64,000 bases of DNA from an uncultured Candidatus Saccharibacteria bacterium (GCA_964494945.1 CAZBTX010000001.1:3088-67087), one strand, 5' to 3'. Positions 53,181 to 62,816 are shown, counted from the first letter of the stretch. Notes: generated by a model not told the origin, from the letters alone. Translations and numbers: made by a program.

Positions 53181-53702
53181 TTTATAGACTTTTACCTTGG
53201 CGGGACGCAGGACACGCCCGCCGCGCATGTACCCTCTTTGCATTTCTTCCGCGATGATTCCCTGCTCGTGGTCTTTAGATTCAATTTCATCAATGGCTTC
53301 ATGCAGTTCTGGATCAAATTTAGTGCCGGCAGTTTTTAATGGTTCTACTCCCAGACGCCGCAGGATCTCCAGGCACTGCGACTGGATTAAGTAAAATCCT
53401 TTTCCCGCTTCGTTGGATAGATGTTTTTTATGCTCTTCTCCCAGGGCTAGGTCAAAACTGTCCAAGACCGAAAGAAATTCCAGAATTAATTCGTCTTCCA
53501 GCCGGTCCTTCCAGATTCGTAACCGTTTTTCATCATCTTTTCTGGAATTAATTATATCCGCCTTTGCTCTTTGCCACCCGTCCAGATACTCTTTCTTGTC
53601 ATTTTCGCAGATAGCCAATTTCTCTTTTAATTGTTTTATCTTAGCGACAGGATCGGGGTGAGCGGATTCACCATATTCTTCATTAATTTCCAAGTCATCC
53701 AT
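53151..53702 (-). CDS. grpE: Nucleotide exchange factor GrpE
   Basis: WQRAKAD, FDPELHEAI, QRGY....VLRPAKVKV. Confidence 0.95.
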   Translation of the reverse strand: MDDLEINEEYGESAHPDPVAKIKQLKEKLAICENDKKEYLDGWQRAKADIINSRKDDEKRLRIWKDRLEDELILEFLSVLDSFDLALGEEHKKHLSNEAGKGFYLIQSQCLEILRRLGVEPLKTAGTKFDPELHEAIDEIESKDHEQGIIAEEMQRGYMRGGRVLRPAKVKVYKNVQYLIPNS

Positions 53703-53705
53703 GTT

Positions 53706-54431
53706 TTAATTCTCTTGCATTATCTCATCTAACACACTAAGAAGTGAAAGTCCTCTGTCGTAATGCATACGTTTTGAACCGACTAGGGCTATAACGCCCG
53801 TGTCTTTGCCGCGCTTCAAGGTTTTTATGATCATACTGTAGGGTCGCGCCTCGCGGATGGGATTTTCGCGGCCAATAAAAACTCGCGGCGCACTAAAATC
53901 CTCTCCTTTTATGAGAATTCGCATATCCCTGTCAATGGAATCCATCATTGTTCCGAATTGGTTGCGAATATCGTTATCGGAAAATTCTGGGTCAGCCAGT
54001 ATTTGGCCAAATCCGCTTTTATAGAACGGCTCCATGTCTTCGGCTAAGCTGCCCCCTATAACTAAAGATTGCGTTAGACGAGCAAAGATTTCCGTGGAAA
54101 TTCTGAAGAAGTCGTCTGAGTCATCCAGATGGGCATCCAGCGCTTCGTGGAGCGAACGCAAGTCGTCCCTATTGGGTTTCATGGGGACGGCTGACTCTGC
54201 CGCGTACCAACGGTATCCATTATCAGTGGGAACGCGACCGGCGGAAGTATGCGGTTGAGAAAGGAAGCCCCGCCGCGAGAGGTCCGAAAGCTCGTTCCTA
54301 ATAGTAGCGGGGCTGTAGGGCAGGCGGTAGCGTTTTCTAAGGTCGTCAGAAGACACTGGATTCCCGGTTCTGATATATTCGGCAACGGTGGCCGAAAGCA
54401 GGTCTTTTTGGCGTTCAGTGAGAGAATTCAT
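53706..54431 (-). CDS. hrcA: Heat-inducible transcription repressor HrcA, short form
   Basis: SPATIRNE, QPHTSAGRVPTDNGYR, GSKRMHY. Confidence 0.93.
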   Translation of the reverse strand: MNSLTERQKDLLSATVAEYIRTGNPVSSDDLRKRYRLPYSPATIRNELSDLSRRGFLSQPHTSAGRVPTDNGYRWYAAESAVPMKPNRDDLRSLHEALDAHLDDSDDFFRISTEIFARLTQSLVIGGSLAEDMEPFYKSGFGQILADPEFSDNDIRNQFGTMMDSIDRDMRILIKGEDFSAPRVFIGRENPIREARPYSMIIKTLKRGKDTGVIALVGSKRMHYDRGLSLLSVLDEIMQEN

Positions 54432-54452
54432 GCAAGAAAAAGTTTAGCATAG

Positions 54453-54479
54453 TTAGCAATCTGCGGTCAAGAGTGCTAA
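54453..54479 (-). promoter_or_regulatory. CIRCE operator overlapping the hrcA promoter
   Basis: Minus strand TTAGCACTC-N9-GATTGCTAA (consensus TTAGCACTC-N9-GAGTGCTAA); -35 TTGACC lies in the spacer. Confidence 0.9.
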
Positions 54480-54548
54480 TCCCTCGGTCAGTTTAGGGCT
54501 AAAATGAAGAGCCCACACGGTGAGCTGTGTGTGGCTCCCCATGTGGGC

Positions 54549-54719
54549 TTACTGCCCCGCTTGCTTCTTGCAAAGCATGTCCAGCGCTACCTGGTCCGTG
54601 ACGGGAAACCCCTCGTCATCCAGGAAACCCCGTGAGCACGCTTGTAGCGACAGTTCCTTCGCTATTGCGAGACGCAGCGGGTCAGGGCCGATGGGAGCAT
54701 TCGCCAATTTCATACCCAT
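54549..54719 (-). CDS. 56-aa hypothetical protein (not in the ORF track)
   Basis: AGAAGGAG SD; MGMKLANAPIGPDPLRLAIAKELSLQACSRGFLDDEGFPVTDQVALDMLCKKQAGQ; hairpin at 54510-54550. Confidence 0.5.
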   Translation of the reverse strand: MGMKLANAPIGPDPLRLAIAKELSLQACSRGFLDDEGFPVTDQVALDMLCKKQAGQ

Positions 54720-54732
54720 ATCTCCTTCTTAC

Positions 54733-54909
54733 TTACGAGGACGCATGACGGACCACTAGCATCAGTTGCCGGAGTTTTCGCTCCAGCTTTTGGAAATACG
54801 CTGTGCACTTCGGGCAGGAGTCAATATGGGATGTTGCAGCCGCGACATCCCTCTCCGCCACTTCTGCTTCGTCTTTCTGGAACAGCTCAAGCGCCGCAGT
54901 GCAATCCAT
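54733..54909 (-). CDS. 58-aa zf-HC2/ZAS-like zinc-binding anti-sigma-type protein (not in the ORF track)
   Basis: AAGGAGG SD; MDC...SHIDSCPKC (C...HxxxCxxC); TTGACA at 54954-54959. Confidence 0.6.
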   Translation of the reverse strand: MDCTAALELFQKDEAEVAERDVAAATSHIDSCPKCTAYFQKLERKLRQLMLVVRHASS

Positions 54910-55020
54910 TGCTCTACCTCCTTACTAATTTGAATACAGTATTGTAAACTATATGTCAATAGCACTAACAGGACTAAGATGTTCGCGTGAGTTTACGGTG
55001 TGTTAGTATAAAAACATATG

Positions 55021-55081
55021 CCCGCCTAAGTTTTTGGCCGGGCTTCGTCAGATTATTACATAAGCTAAAAATTTAGGCGGG
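55021..55081. mobile_element. 61-bp inverted-repeat element at the corA start codon
   Basis: CCCGCCTAAGTTTTTGGC / GCTAAAAATTTAGGCGGG with TATG duplicated on both sides. Confidence 0.7.
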
Positions 55082-55082
55082 T

Positions 55083-55994
55083 ATGGAAGTTATCAAGCAC
55101 AAAAATATTTCTTGGGTGGATATCAGGAATCCCGGCGACCGGGATTTGGAATTTTTAAAGAAAGAGTATGGCGTGCACGATGATCCCCTGCGCGAATTAG
55201 CCATAGAGACCGCCACACCCAAAATCGACCATTTTGACAATCAGCTATACGTCGTCCTACATTTTCCCGTTTTCAATTATGACAAACGCACCAGCGAAGG
55301 AAAAGAGGTTGATTTTATCGTCACCAAGGAGACTTTGGTTACGGTGCGCTACGATGAAATCGCGCCGCTGGAAGAATTAAGCCGCACCTGCGGCATCTCG
55401 CCTGGCGTTCGCGAGGAATGCTTCGGCGATACTCCCACCCACCTTCTTTTCATCATTCTCTCGCATATGTACGACTATTTGATGCGCGAATTGGGTCATA
55501 TCAAGAAAAACATTGACGAGGTTGATTCTACGCTTTTCCGAGTGAAGGAAAACCAGCTGGTGCGTAAAATTTTAGAAATTCGCAGAGACATCCTTAACTT
55601 CCGAAGAACTTTGGCTCCCCAAAAACAAATTTTGGAGTCCATGGCCGAGCGCGGCGGTGAGCTCTTGGGCCGCAGGTCGCGCGAGTCGTTTCAAGATCTT
55701 ATGGAGGCTTATAATCGCGTCTGGAGTCTTCTGGAGTACCACAAGGAAGCGATTGAGGCGATGCATGAAACCAACAATTCTCTCTTGTCTTCGCGCCAGA
55801 ACGATACCATCCAGACCCTCACCATTCTTTCCGTAACCGCGTTTTATCTTACGCTGATTGCGGCTGTATTCGCCGTAGACGCCGTTTACAAGCCCATAGT
55901 CGGCAGCCGTTACGATTTCTGGGTAATCCTGGCCTTTATGGGAGCGGCAGCGGTAATACTGCTCGGGTTTTTCAAATGGAAAAAGTGGTGGTGA
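55083..55994 (+). CDS. corA: CorA-family magnesium transporter
   Basis: WVDI.NP, EVDFI, two C-terminal TMs; the GMN signature position reads AVD. Confidence 0.85.
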   Translation: MEVIKHKNISWVDIRNPGDRDLEFLKKEYGVHDDPLRELAIETATPKIDHFDNQLYVVLHFPVFNYDKRTSEGKEVDFIVTKETLVTVRYDEIAPLEELSRTCGISPGVREECFGDTPTHLLFIILSHMYDYLMRELGHIKKNIDEVDSTLFRVKENQLVRKILEIRRDILNFRRTLAPQKQILESMAERGGELLGRRSRESFQDLMEAYNRVWSLLEYHKEAIEAMHETNNSLLSSRQNDTIQTLTILSVTAFYLTLIAAVFAVDAVYKPIVGSRYDFWVILAFMGAAAVILLGFFKWKKWW

Positions 55995-55998
55995 TAAT

Positions 55999-57393
55999 AT
56001 GCCAATTAGGTTTAGAAACACTCTAACCAGAAAAAAAGAAGTTTTTAAGCCACGTCACTCCAGTCGTGCGGATTTTTTTGTATGCGGGCCCACGGTTTAC
56101 GACCATTCGCATATCGGGCATGCTCGCACTTACGTTGCTTTTGACGGCATAGTTTCTTATCTTCGTCTCCGGGGATATAAGGTCAAATACGTGATGAATA
56201 TAACCGACATTGATGACAAGATCATCAATCGCGCCCGAGAGATCAACGTCGATCCGCTTCAAATGTCGCGCCGATTCACCGAAAATTTTTATGAAGACAT
56301 GCGGCGTCTGGGCGTTAAAAGCGTTTCAAACTACGCGCCGGCCAGCAAATACATTCCGCAAATAATAAAACAGATAAAGCGTCTGATAAAGCGCGGATAT
56401 GCCTATGAGTCGTATGGGTCTGTTTATTTTTCAGTGAATAAATTCAAGGGTTACGGTAAGCTTTCGCATCAGGTTATTTCTAAATTAAAAAAATTTACAC
56501 GTTTGGAAATAGACCCAGCCAAACGTGAATCACTTGATTTTGTGCTTTGGAAGGCGGCAAAACCAAATGAGCCGTCATGGCCGTCACCGTGGGGGCCGGG
56601 ACGCCCGGGCTGGCACATTGAAGATACGGCTATTTCCGAATCATTTTTCGGATCGCAATACGACATTCACGGCGGCGCCGTTGATTTGATATTTCCTCAT
56701 CACGAATCGGAGATCGCCCAGCAGGAAGCCGCTTCCGGCAAAAAACCATTTGTGAGGATTTGGCTGCACACGGGACTCTTGAACATCGGCGGCCAAAAAA
56801 TGGCAAAATCATTAAAAAACTTCATTCCCATAAAAAACATGCTGGCGCGACACTCCCCCGAGGACTTCCGTATGCTGGTGTTTCGCGCGCACTACCGTTC
56901 GCCCTTAAACTATACAGAGGAACTTTTAAAAGAAGCGCACAGATCGGTAGAGCGTCTGGGAACGACCATTAGGCGGCTTAGGTTGGTCAAAGAAAAAACA
57001 GGACGAGAATATTTTAGCCGAAAGATTAAAGATGAATTTATAAAACGTCTGGATGACGATTTTGACACGCCCCAATTTCTAGCTTACCTTTTTTCGGCTT
57101 CGCGCGGGATAAATTCGGCTATGGATAAGCGCCGATTATCCAAGACGGAGGCTCTTAGCATTATTAAAGTTCTGTGTAATATTAACAGCGTGCTTAAAAT
57201 TATGCCTCTCAAGTTGTCTAAGTTTGATACGGCTCTAACCGCGGAAATAAAAGAACTGTTCAGAAAGCGCGAAGTAGCCCGTAAAGCCAAGAATTGGCGT
57301 GAGTCCGACGCGCTCCGCGATAAAATAATAGCGCTTGGCTGGTCGGTAAAAGACACGCCGTCCGGCAGTATATTAGAAAAAGTCCAGGGCTAA
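55999..57393 (+). CDS. cysS: Cysteine--tRNA ligase
   Basis: CGPTVYD.SHIGH, GRPGWHIE, FPHHE, KMAKS. Confidence 0.97.
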   Translation: MPIRFRNTLTRKKEVFKPRHSSRADFFVCGPTVYDHSHIGHARTYVAFDGIVSYLRLRGYKVKYVMNITDIDDKIINRAREINVDPLQMSRRFTENFYEDMRRLGVKSVSNYAPASKYIPQIIKQIKRLIKRGYAYESYGSVYFSVNKFKGYGKLSHQVISKLKKFTRLEIDPAKRESLDFVLWKAAKPNEPSWPSPWGPGRPGWHIEDTAISESFFGSQYDIHGGAVDLIFPHHESEIAQQEAASGKKPFVRIWLHTGLLNIGGQKMAKSLKNFIPIKNMLARHSPEDFRMLVFRAHYRSPLNYTEELLKEAHRSVERLGTTIRRLRLVKEKTGREYFSRKIKDEFIKRLDDDFDTPQFLAYLFSASRGINSAMDKRRLSKTEALSIIKVLCNINSVLKIMPLKLSKFDTALTAEIKELFRKREVARKAKNWRESDALRDKIIALGWSVKDTPSGSILEKVQG

Positions 57394-57481
57394 GTTACCT
57401 ACCTTAAATTATCATGCACAGCTTATAAACTGGCCGTCTTTGGCCTTAGGGTCTATTCTGTTTTATAGTCAAGAAACAAAA

Positions 57482-58873
57482 ATGGCGTCTCAAAATCCAA
57501 AATCTATCCCCTCTCCCATATCCTCCAATATTCAGGAGGGGCGCATGCCGCCGCAATCCGTTGACGCGGAAATGTCGGTGCTGGGTTCTTTGATGCTGGA
57601 CCAGGAGGCCATTTACCGCGTTTCCGATATTCTTTCGGTGAGAGATTTTTATAAACCGGGGCATCAGGTCATTTATGAGGCGATGCTGGACCTTTTCAAA
57701 TCCCGAGAGCCGCTGGATATTGTTTCGGTCTCGTCTCGGCTCCGCGAAAAGAATGTTTTGGAGGATATCGGCGGGTCAGCTTATCTTACGAGTTTGGTGA
57801 ATCTTGTGCCTACGGCTTCGCACGTCCAGCATTACGCCAAAATCGTGCATAAAAAGCGCGTGCTGCGGGATCTCATTGACGCTTCATACCACATCGCCGA
57901 GCTTGGTTATAAGGAAGAAGAAGGCGTGGAAACATTACTGGACGAAGCCGAGCAGAGAATCTTCGCCATTTCACAGACCTCGCTTCAGCAAGAATTTTTC
58001 GCGGTCAAAGACGCGCTGGATGACGCCTGGGAGCGCATTGACAGAATTCACAAGGAGGGCTCGGCGCTTAGGGGTGTCACCACCGGATTTAATGATCTGG
58101 ATAATTTGATCGGCGGTTTGCAAAAATCGGATCTGATAATTCTCGCTTCGCGTCCGAGTTTAGGCAAAACATCCTTAGCGTTGGATATCGCAAGAAACGC
58201 CGCGTTAAAAGCCGGGGCTTCGGTGGGAATTTTCAGTTTGGAAATGTCCAGGGACCAGCTGGTTGATCGTCTGATAGCCGCCCAGTCCCATGTGGATCTA
58301 TGGAAATTGCGCACGGGGCGGCTTTCGGCCGAAGGCGATGACAATGATTTCGTAAAAATTCGCGACGCCATGGAAGAGCTTTCCCGGGTGCCTATTTTTA
58401 TTGACGACGCCGCTATGCCAACGGTGATGCAAATAAGGGCTATGGCAAGACGCTTGCAGGCGGAGCACGGCTTGAGTTTAGTGGTAGTTGATTACCTGCA
58501 GCTTATTAAAGGCGAAGGCAATTCGGATAATCGCGTGCAAGAGGTAAGCGAGATATCCCGTTCGTTGAAAGCCATGGCTAAAGAACTTAACGTGCCGGTA
58601 TTGGCACTCTCACAACTTTCCCGCGCCGTAGAGATGCGCTCCTCCGCCATTCCTAAATTATCGGACCTTCGCGAGTCAGGTTCATTGGAACAGGACGCGG
58701 ACCTTGTGGTGTTCATCTATCGCGAGGATAAAAACAAAGAAAATTCAGAACGCAAGAATATTGCCGAGCTCCGGATAGAAAAACACAGGAACGGACCCAC
58801 CGGCATAGTTGAACTTTATTTCAATCCCGAACAAACTTCCTTCCGCTCCATCACCAAGCATTATGATTACTAA
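57482..58873 (+). CDS. dnaB: Replicative DNA helicase
   Basis: ASRPSLGKT, FSLEMS, VDYLQL, LRESGSLEQDAD, KHRNGPTG. Confidence 0.98.
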   Translation: MASQNPKSIPSPISSNIQEGRMPPQSVDAEMSVLGSLMLDQEAIYRVSDILSVRDFYKPGHQVIYEAMLDLFKSREPLDIVSVSSRLREKNVLEDIGGSAYLTSLVNLVPTASHVQHYAKIVHKKRVLRDLIDASYHIAELGYKEEEGVETLLDEAEQRIFAISQTSLQQEFFAVKDALDDAWERIDRIHKEGSALRGVTTGFNDLDNLIGGLQKSDLIILASRPSLGKTSLALDIARNAALKAGASVGIFSLEMSRDQLVDRLIAAQSHVDLWKLRTGRLSAEGDDNDFVKIRDAMEELSRVPIFIDDAAMPTVMQIRAMARRLQAEHGLSLVVVDYLQLIKGEGNSDNRVQEVSEISRSLKAMAKELNVPVLALSQLSRAVEMRSSAIPKLSDLRESGSLEQDADLVVFIYREDKNKENSERKNIAELRIEKHRNGPTGIVELYFNPEQTSFRSITKHYDY

Positions 58874-58994
58874 ATTCCTAATTACTAATTTCTAATACCT
58901 AATCAATGTCCAATCTTCAATGCTTAATCTTTCTTCTTCCCGCTTTTGTCATTAGTCATTAGGATTTGATTAGAAATTAGTCATTAGAAATTAA
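58872..58994. repeat. AT-rich CTAAT/ATTAG inverted-repeat element
   Basis: CTAATTACTAATTTCTAATACCTAATCAA...TTGATTAGAAATTAGTCATTAG. Confidence 0.7.
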
Positions 58995-59006
58995 ATGTTT
59001 CGCGAG

Positions 59007-59636
59007 ATGTATCCCAAACCTATACAGCGTCTTATAGAACTGCTATCAAAATTGCCGGGCGTTGGTCCGAGGCAGGCCGGTCGCATGGTCTTTTTTATTT
59101 TGCGCGAGTCAAACGGATACGTAACTGATCTGGCCGATGCCGTAAATAATCTTAAAAGGAATGTAGCGGCTTGCAAGGAGTGTTTTCATTTTATGGAGAA
59201 GGATGAGTCGGATCTTTGCGAGTTTTGCAGAAATCCCAAGCGAGATAAAACTTTGATCTCTGTTGTGGAGAAAGAGGCAGACTTGGCTAATATTGAAAAA
59301 ACCGGAGGATATCACGGCCTGTATCACGTCTTAGGCGGCACATTCGCGCCCTTAGACCCGGATTCCCCAAAGAAACTCCGATTGGAGGATTTTTATAGTC
59401 GGATAGAGCGCCATGCAAAAAACGGCAATACTTTAGAGGTAATAATAGCTACCAGCCAAACTACCGAGGGCGAAGCGACCGCCAGATACCTGGAACGCAT
59501 GTTAGAGCCGCTCGCTAAACGCTACCCGGCGCTTAGCGTTTCGCGCCTGGGCCGGGGCATGTCCATGGGTTCAGAGATCGAATATGCCGATGAAACAACG
59601 CTCCATGAAGCATTCAATCATCGAATAAAGCTGTAA
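59007..59636 (+). CDS. recR: Recombination mediator RecR
   Basis: KLPGVGPRQA, C4 zinc finger, YHVLGG, EGEATA. Confidence 0.96.
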   Translation: MYPKPIQRLIELLSKLPGVGPRQAGRMVFFILRESNGYVTDLADAVNNLKRNVAACKECFHFMEKDESDLCEFCRNPKRDKTLISVVEKEADLANIEKTGGYHGLYHVLGGTFAPLDPDSPKKLRLEDFYSRIERHAKNGNTLEVIIATSQTTEGEATARYLERMLEPLAKRYPALSVSRLGRGMSMGSEIEYADETTLHEAFNHRIKL

Positions 59637-59644
59637 TAGAAATT

Positions 59645-59680
59645 ATTCAAAAACTCCGACGCATGTCGGGGTTTTTGAAT
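59645..59680. terminator. Bidirectional terminator between recR and rplU
   Basis: ATTCAAAAACTCCGAC-GCAT-GTCGGGGTTTTTGAAT. Confidence 0.75.
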
Positions 59681-59689
59681 GAACAGTTA

Positions 59690-60007
59690 TTAGCTCTTTC
59701 GCAGTATCTTTTTTATGAGTACCTCGGTAAAATGCTGGCGGTGCCCTTTCTTTTTGCGATATCGGGTCTTGGCGTGGTACTTAAAAACTATAACTTTTCT
59801 GTCTCTCCCCTGTTTTAGTATTTCTCCGCTAACGGTTGCCTGTGATACTAATGGTTTCCCAACCTCCGTTGTTTTGTCGTCAAAAATCATAAGTATTCTA
59901 GGGAACAAAATAGCGCCCCCTTCTTTCCCGGAGAGCTTTTCAATGTGTATCTTCTGATTTTCCTTGACGAGATATTGTTTCCCGCCGGTTTCAATTACGG
60001 CAAACAT
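59690..60007 (-). CDS. rplU: 50S ribosomal protein L21
   Basis: MFAVIETGGKQY...GHRQ.FT. Confidence 0.97.
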   Translation of the reverse strand: MFAVIETGGKQYLVKENQKIHIEKLSGKEGGAILFPRILMIFDDKTTEVGKPLVSQATVSGEILKQGRDRKVIVFKYHAKTRYRKKKGHRQHFTEVLIKKILRKS

Positions 60008-60234
60008 AGCGGTCACTCGATAACTTTTTGGAAAGCGTATAAAAATCCCAGCGAGATTTTTATCCTCGCCGCGCTCCTCATCGTCCCGACTGCGTCGGGA
60101 ACCATGCCGATTCGTCGCGCGAGCGTTTCCAGAAAAGCTATCTTCACTTAGGTATTTTCTGAAGGTAGCCCTATGGGCTCTTTATTTATAAACGCCAAAG
60201 CAATGTAGCAAATCATTGAGATACTTGCAAGCGT

Positions 60235-61275
60235 CTACCGCAACTCCGCTTCTTCCGGCGCCGGGCGCTGAAGTTCCAGGGGCTCAATCCCCGCATCTTT
60301 ACTGGTAATGCGTAAAATATCTTTATCAACTTTTCCCAGTTCTTTGTAGGCGGTGTTATATGCGTTTACCGTAGTTCCGAGATTTGAACCAAGCTTTTTC
60401 ATGTAGGTCTCATAAGCATCCAGATGCCGGCGGAGGTCTTCCACGCGTTTCCTTATCTCCTTGGCCGATTCTTCAATTTGCATAGCTTTCAACCCTTGAA
60501 GCACCGTTTGCAAATAGGCAAGGAACGAGGTAGGAGAAACAATCACCACGTGTTTTTCCGCCATAGCGTACTCAATTAAGTCACGAGTGTTGCTTTTAAT
60601 AGCGCCTATCTTATTTACCAAAAGGTCGTAATAAACGGCTTCGGCTGGGATGAACATAAAAGCAAACTCCATGGTGCCCTCCGATGGTTTGACATACTTG
60701 GCGGTTTCATCAATGCGGAGCTTCAAGTCGCCTTTGAATGCTTCCTCCAGTCGCTTACGTTCCGCCTCATCTCGTGTTTCCAAAAGACGTTGGTAATTTT
60801 CCAAACTGAACTTGGAGTCAATGGGTATCACGCGGTCTTTCACGCGAATAATGTAATCAACGATACTGCCGTCTTTAAAGCGATATTGCTTTTCATAATT
60901 ATGCGGGAAGAAATTGTCCAATATCACTTCTAATGAGTATTCACCGAGCATTCCGCGTTGTTTGGGATTTTTCAGGATATCCTGGAGATTTCGTAATTGA
61001 TCGGCAAACCCAACCACTTGGCGGTTTGTTTCCTCAAGTTTCGCCAACTTTTCGGTAACTTCCCTTGTAATTTGTGCCGTGGTTCCGAATTGACTTTGGA
61101 ACATCTTAGCTGACTCACCCATTTGGGTATTTAGGGTTCTATTCATTTCAGCTATCTGATTTTGTAGAAGAACTAGCGGCTGGTCGGGTGTTTTAGATTT
61201 TTGCCCGCGCCAAATTAAAAAGCCAATGACGGCAAATCCGATAACAACAATGATTCCCAATATAATAGCGTCCAT
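60235..61275 (-). CDS. rmuC: DNA recombination protein RmuC
   Basis: NPKQRG..GE, IDSKF, FAFMFIPAE, VSPTS. Confidence 0.92.
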   Translation of the reverse strand: MDAIILGIIVVIGFAVIGFLIWRGQKSKTPDQPLVLLQNQIAEMNRTLNTQMGESAKMFQSQFGTTAQITREVTEKLAKLEETNRQVVGFADQLRNLQDILKNPKQRGMLGEYSLEVILDNFFPHNYEKQYRFKDGSIVDYIIRVKDRVIPIDSKFSLENYQRLLETRDEAERKRLEEAFKGDLKLRIDETAKYVKPSEGTMEFAFMFIPAEAVYYDLLVNKIGAIKSNTRDLIEYAMAEKHVVIVSPTSFLAYLQTVLQGLKAMQIEESAKEIRKRVEDLRRHLDAYETYMKKLGSNLGTTVNAYNTAYKELGKVDKDILRITSKDAGIEPLELQRPAPEEAELR

Positions 61276-61277
61276 GC

Positions 61278-62624
61278 TTATTTAACTAATTTTTCAATTT
61301 CACGCCAACGCGACTGCATCTCGTGCTCCGTATCTGCCTCAATGGTGAGGCGAAGAATTGGTTCCGTTCGCGACATTCTTATATTAAACCACCACGAAGG
61401 GTATTGCACGCTAAGGCCGTCTAATTTAGAGCTAATATGTTTTTTATGTTTTCTTTCCAGGATTTTTAGGACTCGCGCTGGATTTTTTAGGCGGATTTCA
61501 AATTGGTGGAAAGTCGAGCGCGAAACGCTTCCGACGATTTGCGACAAAGGTTTTTTAAAACTGGAAACAAGCCGCAATACCTTAAGCATAGTCAAAAGTC
61601 CGGAATCAATATTATGCATATCGCCGTGATAGATATGCGCCGATATCTCGCCGCCGAGAACCGCCTTCGCTTCTTTCATCTTGCTGCGCACATGCACTCC
61701 GCCGACCTTGCTGGTATGCAGTATGCCTCCGTGCGCGGCGATATAGGGGCCGAGAAAGCGCGACTGCGTCAATTCAAATACGAAATTGAGACCCCTACGG
61801 CCGGTGAGAGCTTCAGATGCCAGCAGGGCAAAAATTATATCGTCCCTAATTCTCTTGCCCCTCTCGTCAAAAAAAGAAACACGGTCTCCGTCGCCGTCAA
61901 AAGACATACCTATGCGGTAGTTTCCCCTTTTGCTCTCGTGCACCATTATTTTTTCCACTTCGGGAGATAAGGGGTTGGGAATATGGCCCGCAAACATCGG
62001 GTCGGGATTAAAAAACAGCGGCTTATAGAAAATTGGGTAATGGCTTAAAAGCTCCGGGAGCATGAACGAGACCGTCCCGCCGCCCGCGTCTATCAGTGCT
62101 CGTAGCGGCTCAATTTTGGGCACCAGCCGTTTCAGGGCCTTTAAATAGCGCTCCTTTTCTCGAGTCAGTAGGTTAATCCCGCCTAAATATGGCTTATGTT
62201 TGAATTTGCCGGCTAGGACAAATTTTTTGACTTGGTTCAATCCTTCTTCCGCGCCTATCTCGCCATGTTTAGCCAAAACAAATTTAAACCCGTTATACTC
62301 CGGGGGATTGTGAGAGGCCGTGATGATGACAGCCCCGTCCATGTCCGGCCGGGTTTCGACTGAAAAATAAAATTGGGGCGTTGTCGCTATACCCATATCG
62401 TGGACGTGAGCCCCGTATGATAAGACCCCTTCTATTAAATTTTGACGCAGGATATCAGAAGAGGCGCGGGTGTCTCGCGCTATCAAGAGATTGGGATGCC
62501 GGGTGCGCGATTTTTGAGACACGAATTTGGCAAAAGCGTATCCTATGCGCTTGGCCGCTTCCGGGGTTAAATCGTTGGGATAGACGCCCCTTACGTCGTA
62601 ATCGCGGAAAATGGCTGGATTCAT
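61278..62624 (-). CDS. Phosphomannomutase/phosphoglucomutase
   Basis: FRDYDVRG, TASHNP, FDGDGDR, GGEISAH. Confidence 0.93.
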   Translation of the reverse strand: MNPAIFRDYDVRGVYPNDLTPEAAKRIGYAFAKFVSQKSRTRHPNLLIARDTRASSDILRQNLIEGVLSYGAHVHDMGIATTPQFYFSVETRPDMDGAVIITASHNPPEYNGFKFVLAKHGEIGAEEGLNQVKKFVLAGKFKHKPYLGGINLLTREKERYLKALKRLVPKIEPLRALIDAGGGTVSFMLPELLSHYPIFYKPLFFNPDPMFAGHIPNPLSPEVEKIMVHESKRGNYRIGMSFDGDGDRVSFFDERGKRIRDDIIFALLASEALTGRRGLNFVFELTQSRFLGPYIAAHGGILHTSKVGGVHVRSKMKEAKAVLGGEISAHIYHGDMHNIDSGLLTMLKVLRLVSSFKKPLSQIVGSVSRSTFHQFEIRLKNPARVLKILERKHKKHISSKLDGLSVQYPSWWFNIRMSRTEPILRLTIEADTEHEMQSRWREIEKLVK

Positions 62625-62745
62625 GGTTCTAAATTTCTAATTCCCAATATCTAATTTCTAATCAAATCAAAATGCCCAATGACCAATTTGAAAATTTGAG
62701 CATTAGTCATTGATTGGTGATGGCGAATTGGACATTAGACATTTC
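62625..62745. repeat. AT-rich CTAAT/ATTAG inverted-repeat element
   Basis: TCTAATTCCCAATATCTAATTTCTAATCAAA...CATTAGTCATTGATTGG. Confidence 0.65.
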
Positions 62746-62816
62746 ATGGCGTTGCTGTTATTACTATTATACCAGCGTCTAGAAATTAGTAATGGCGAAC
62801 TGGAAATTTTTCTGTC

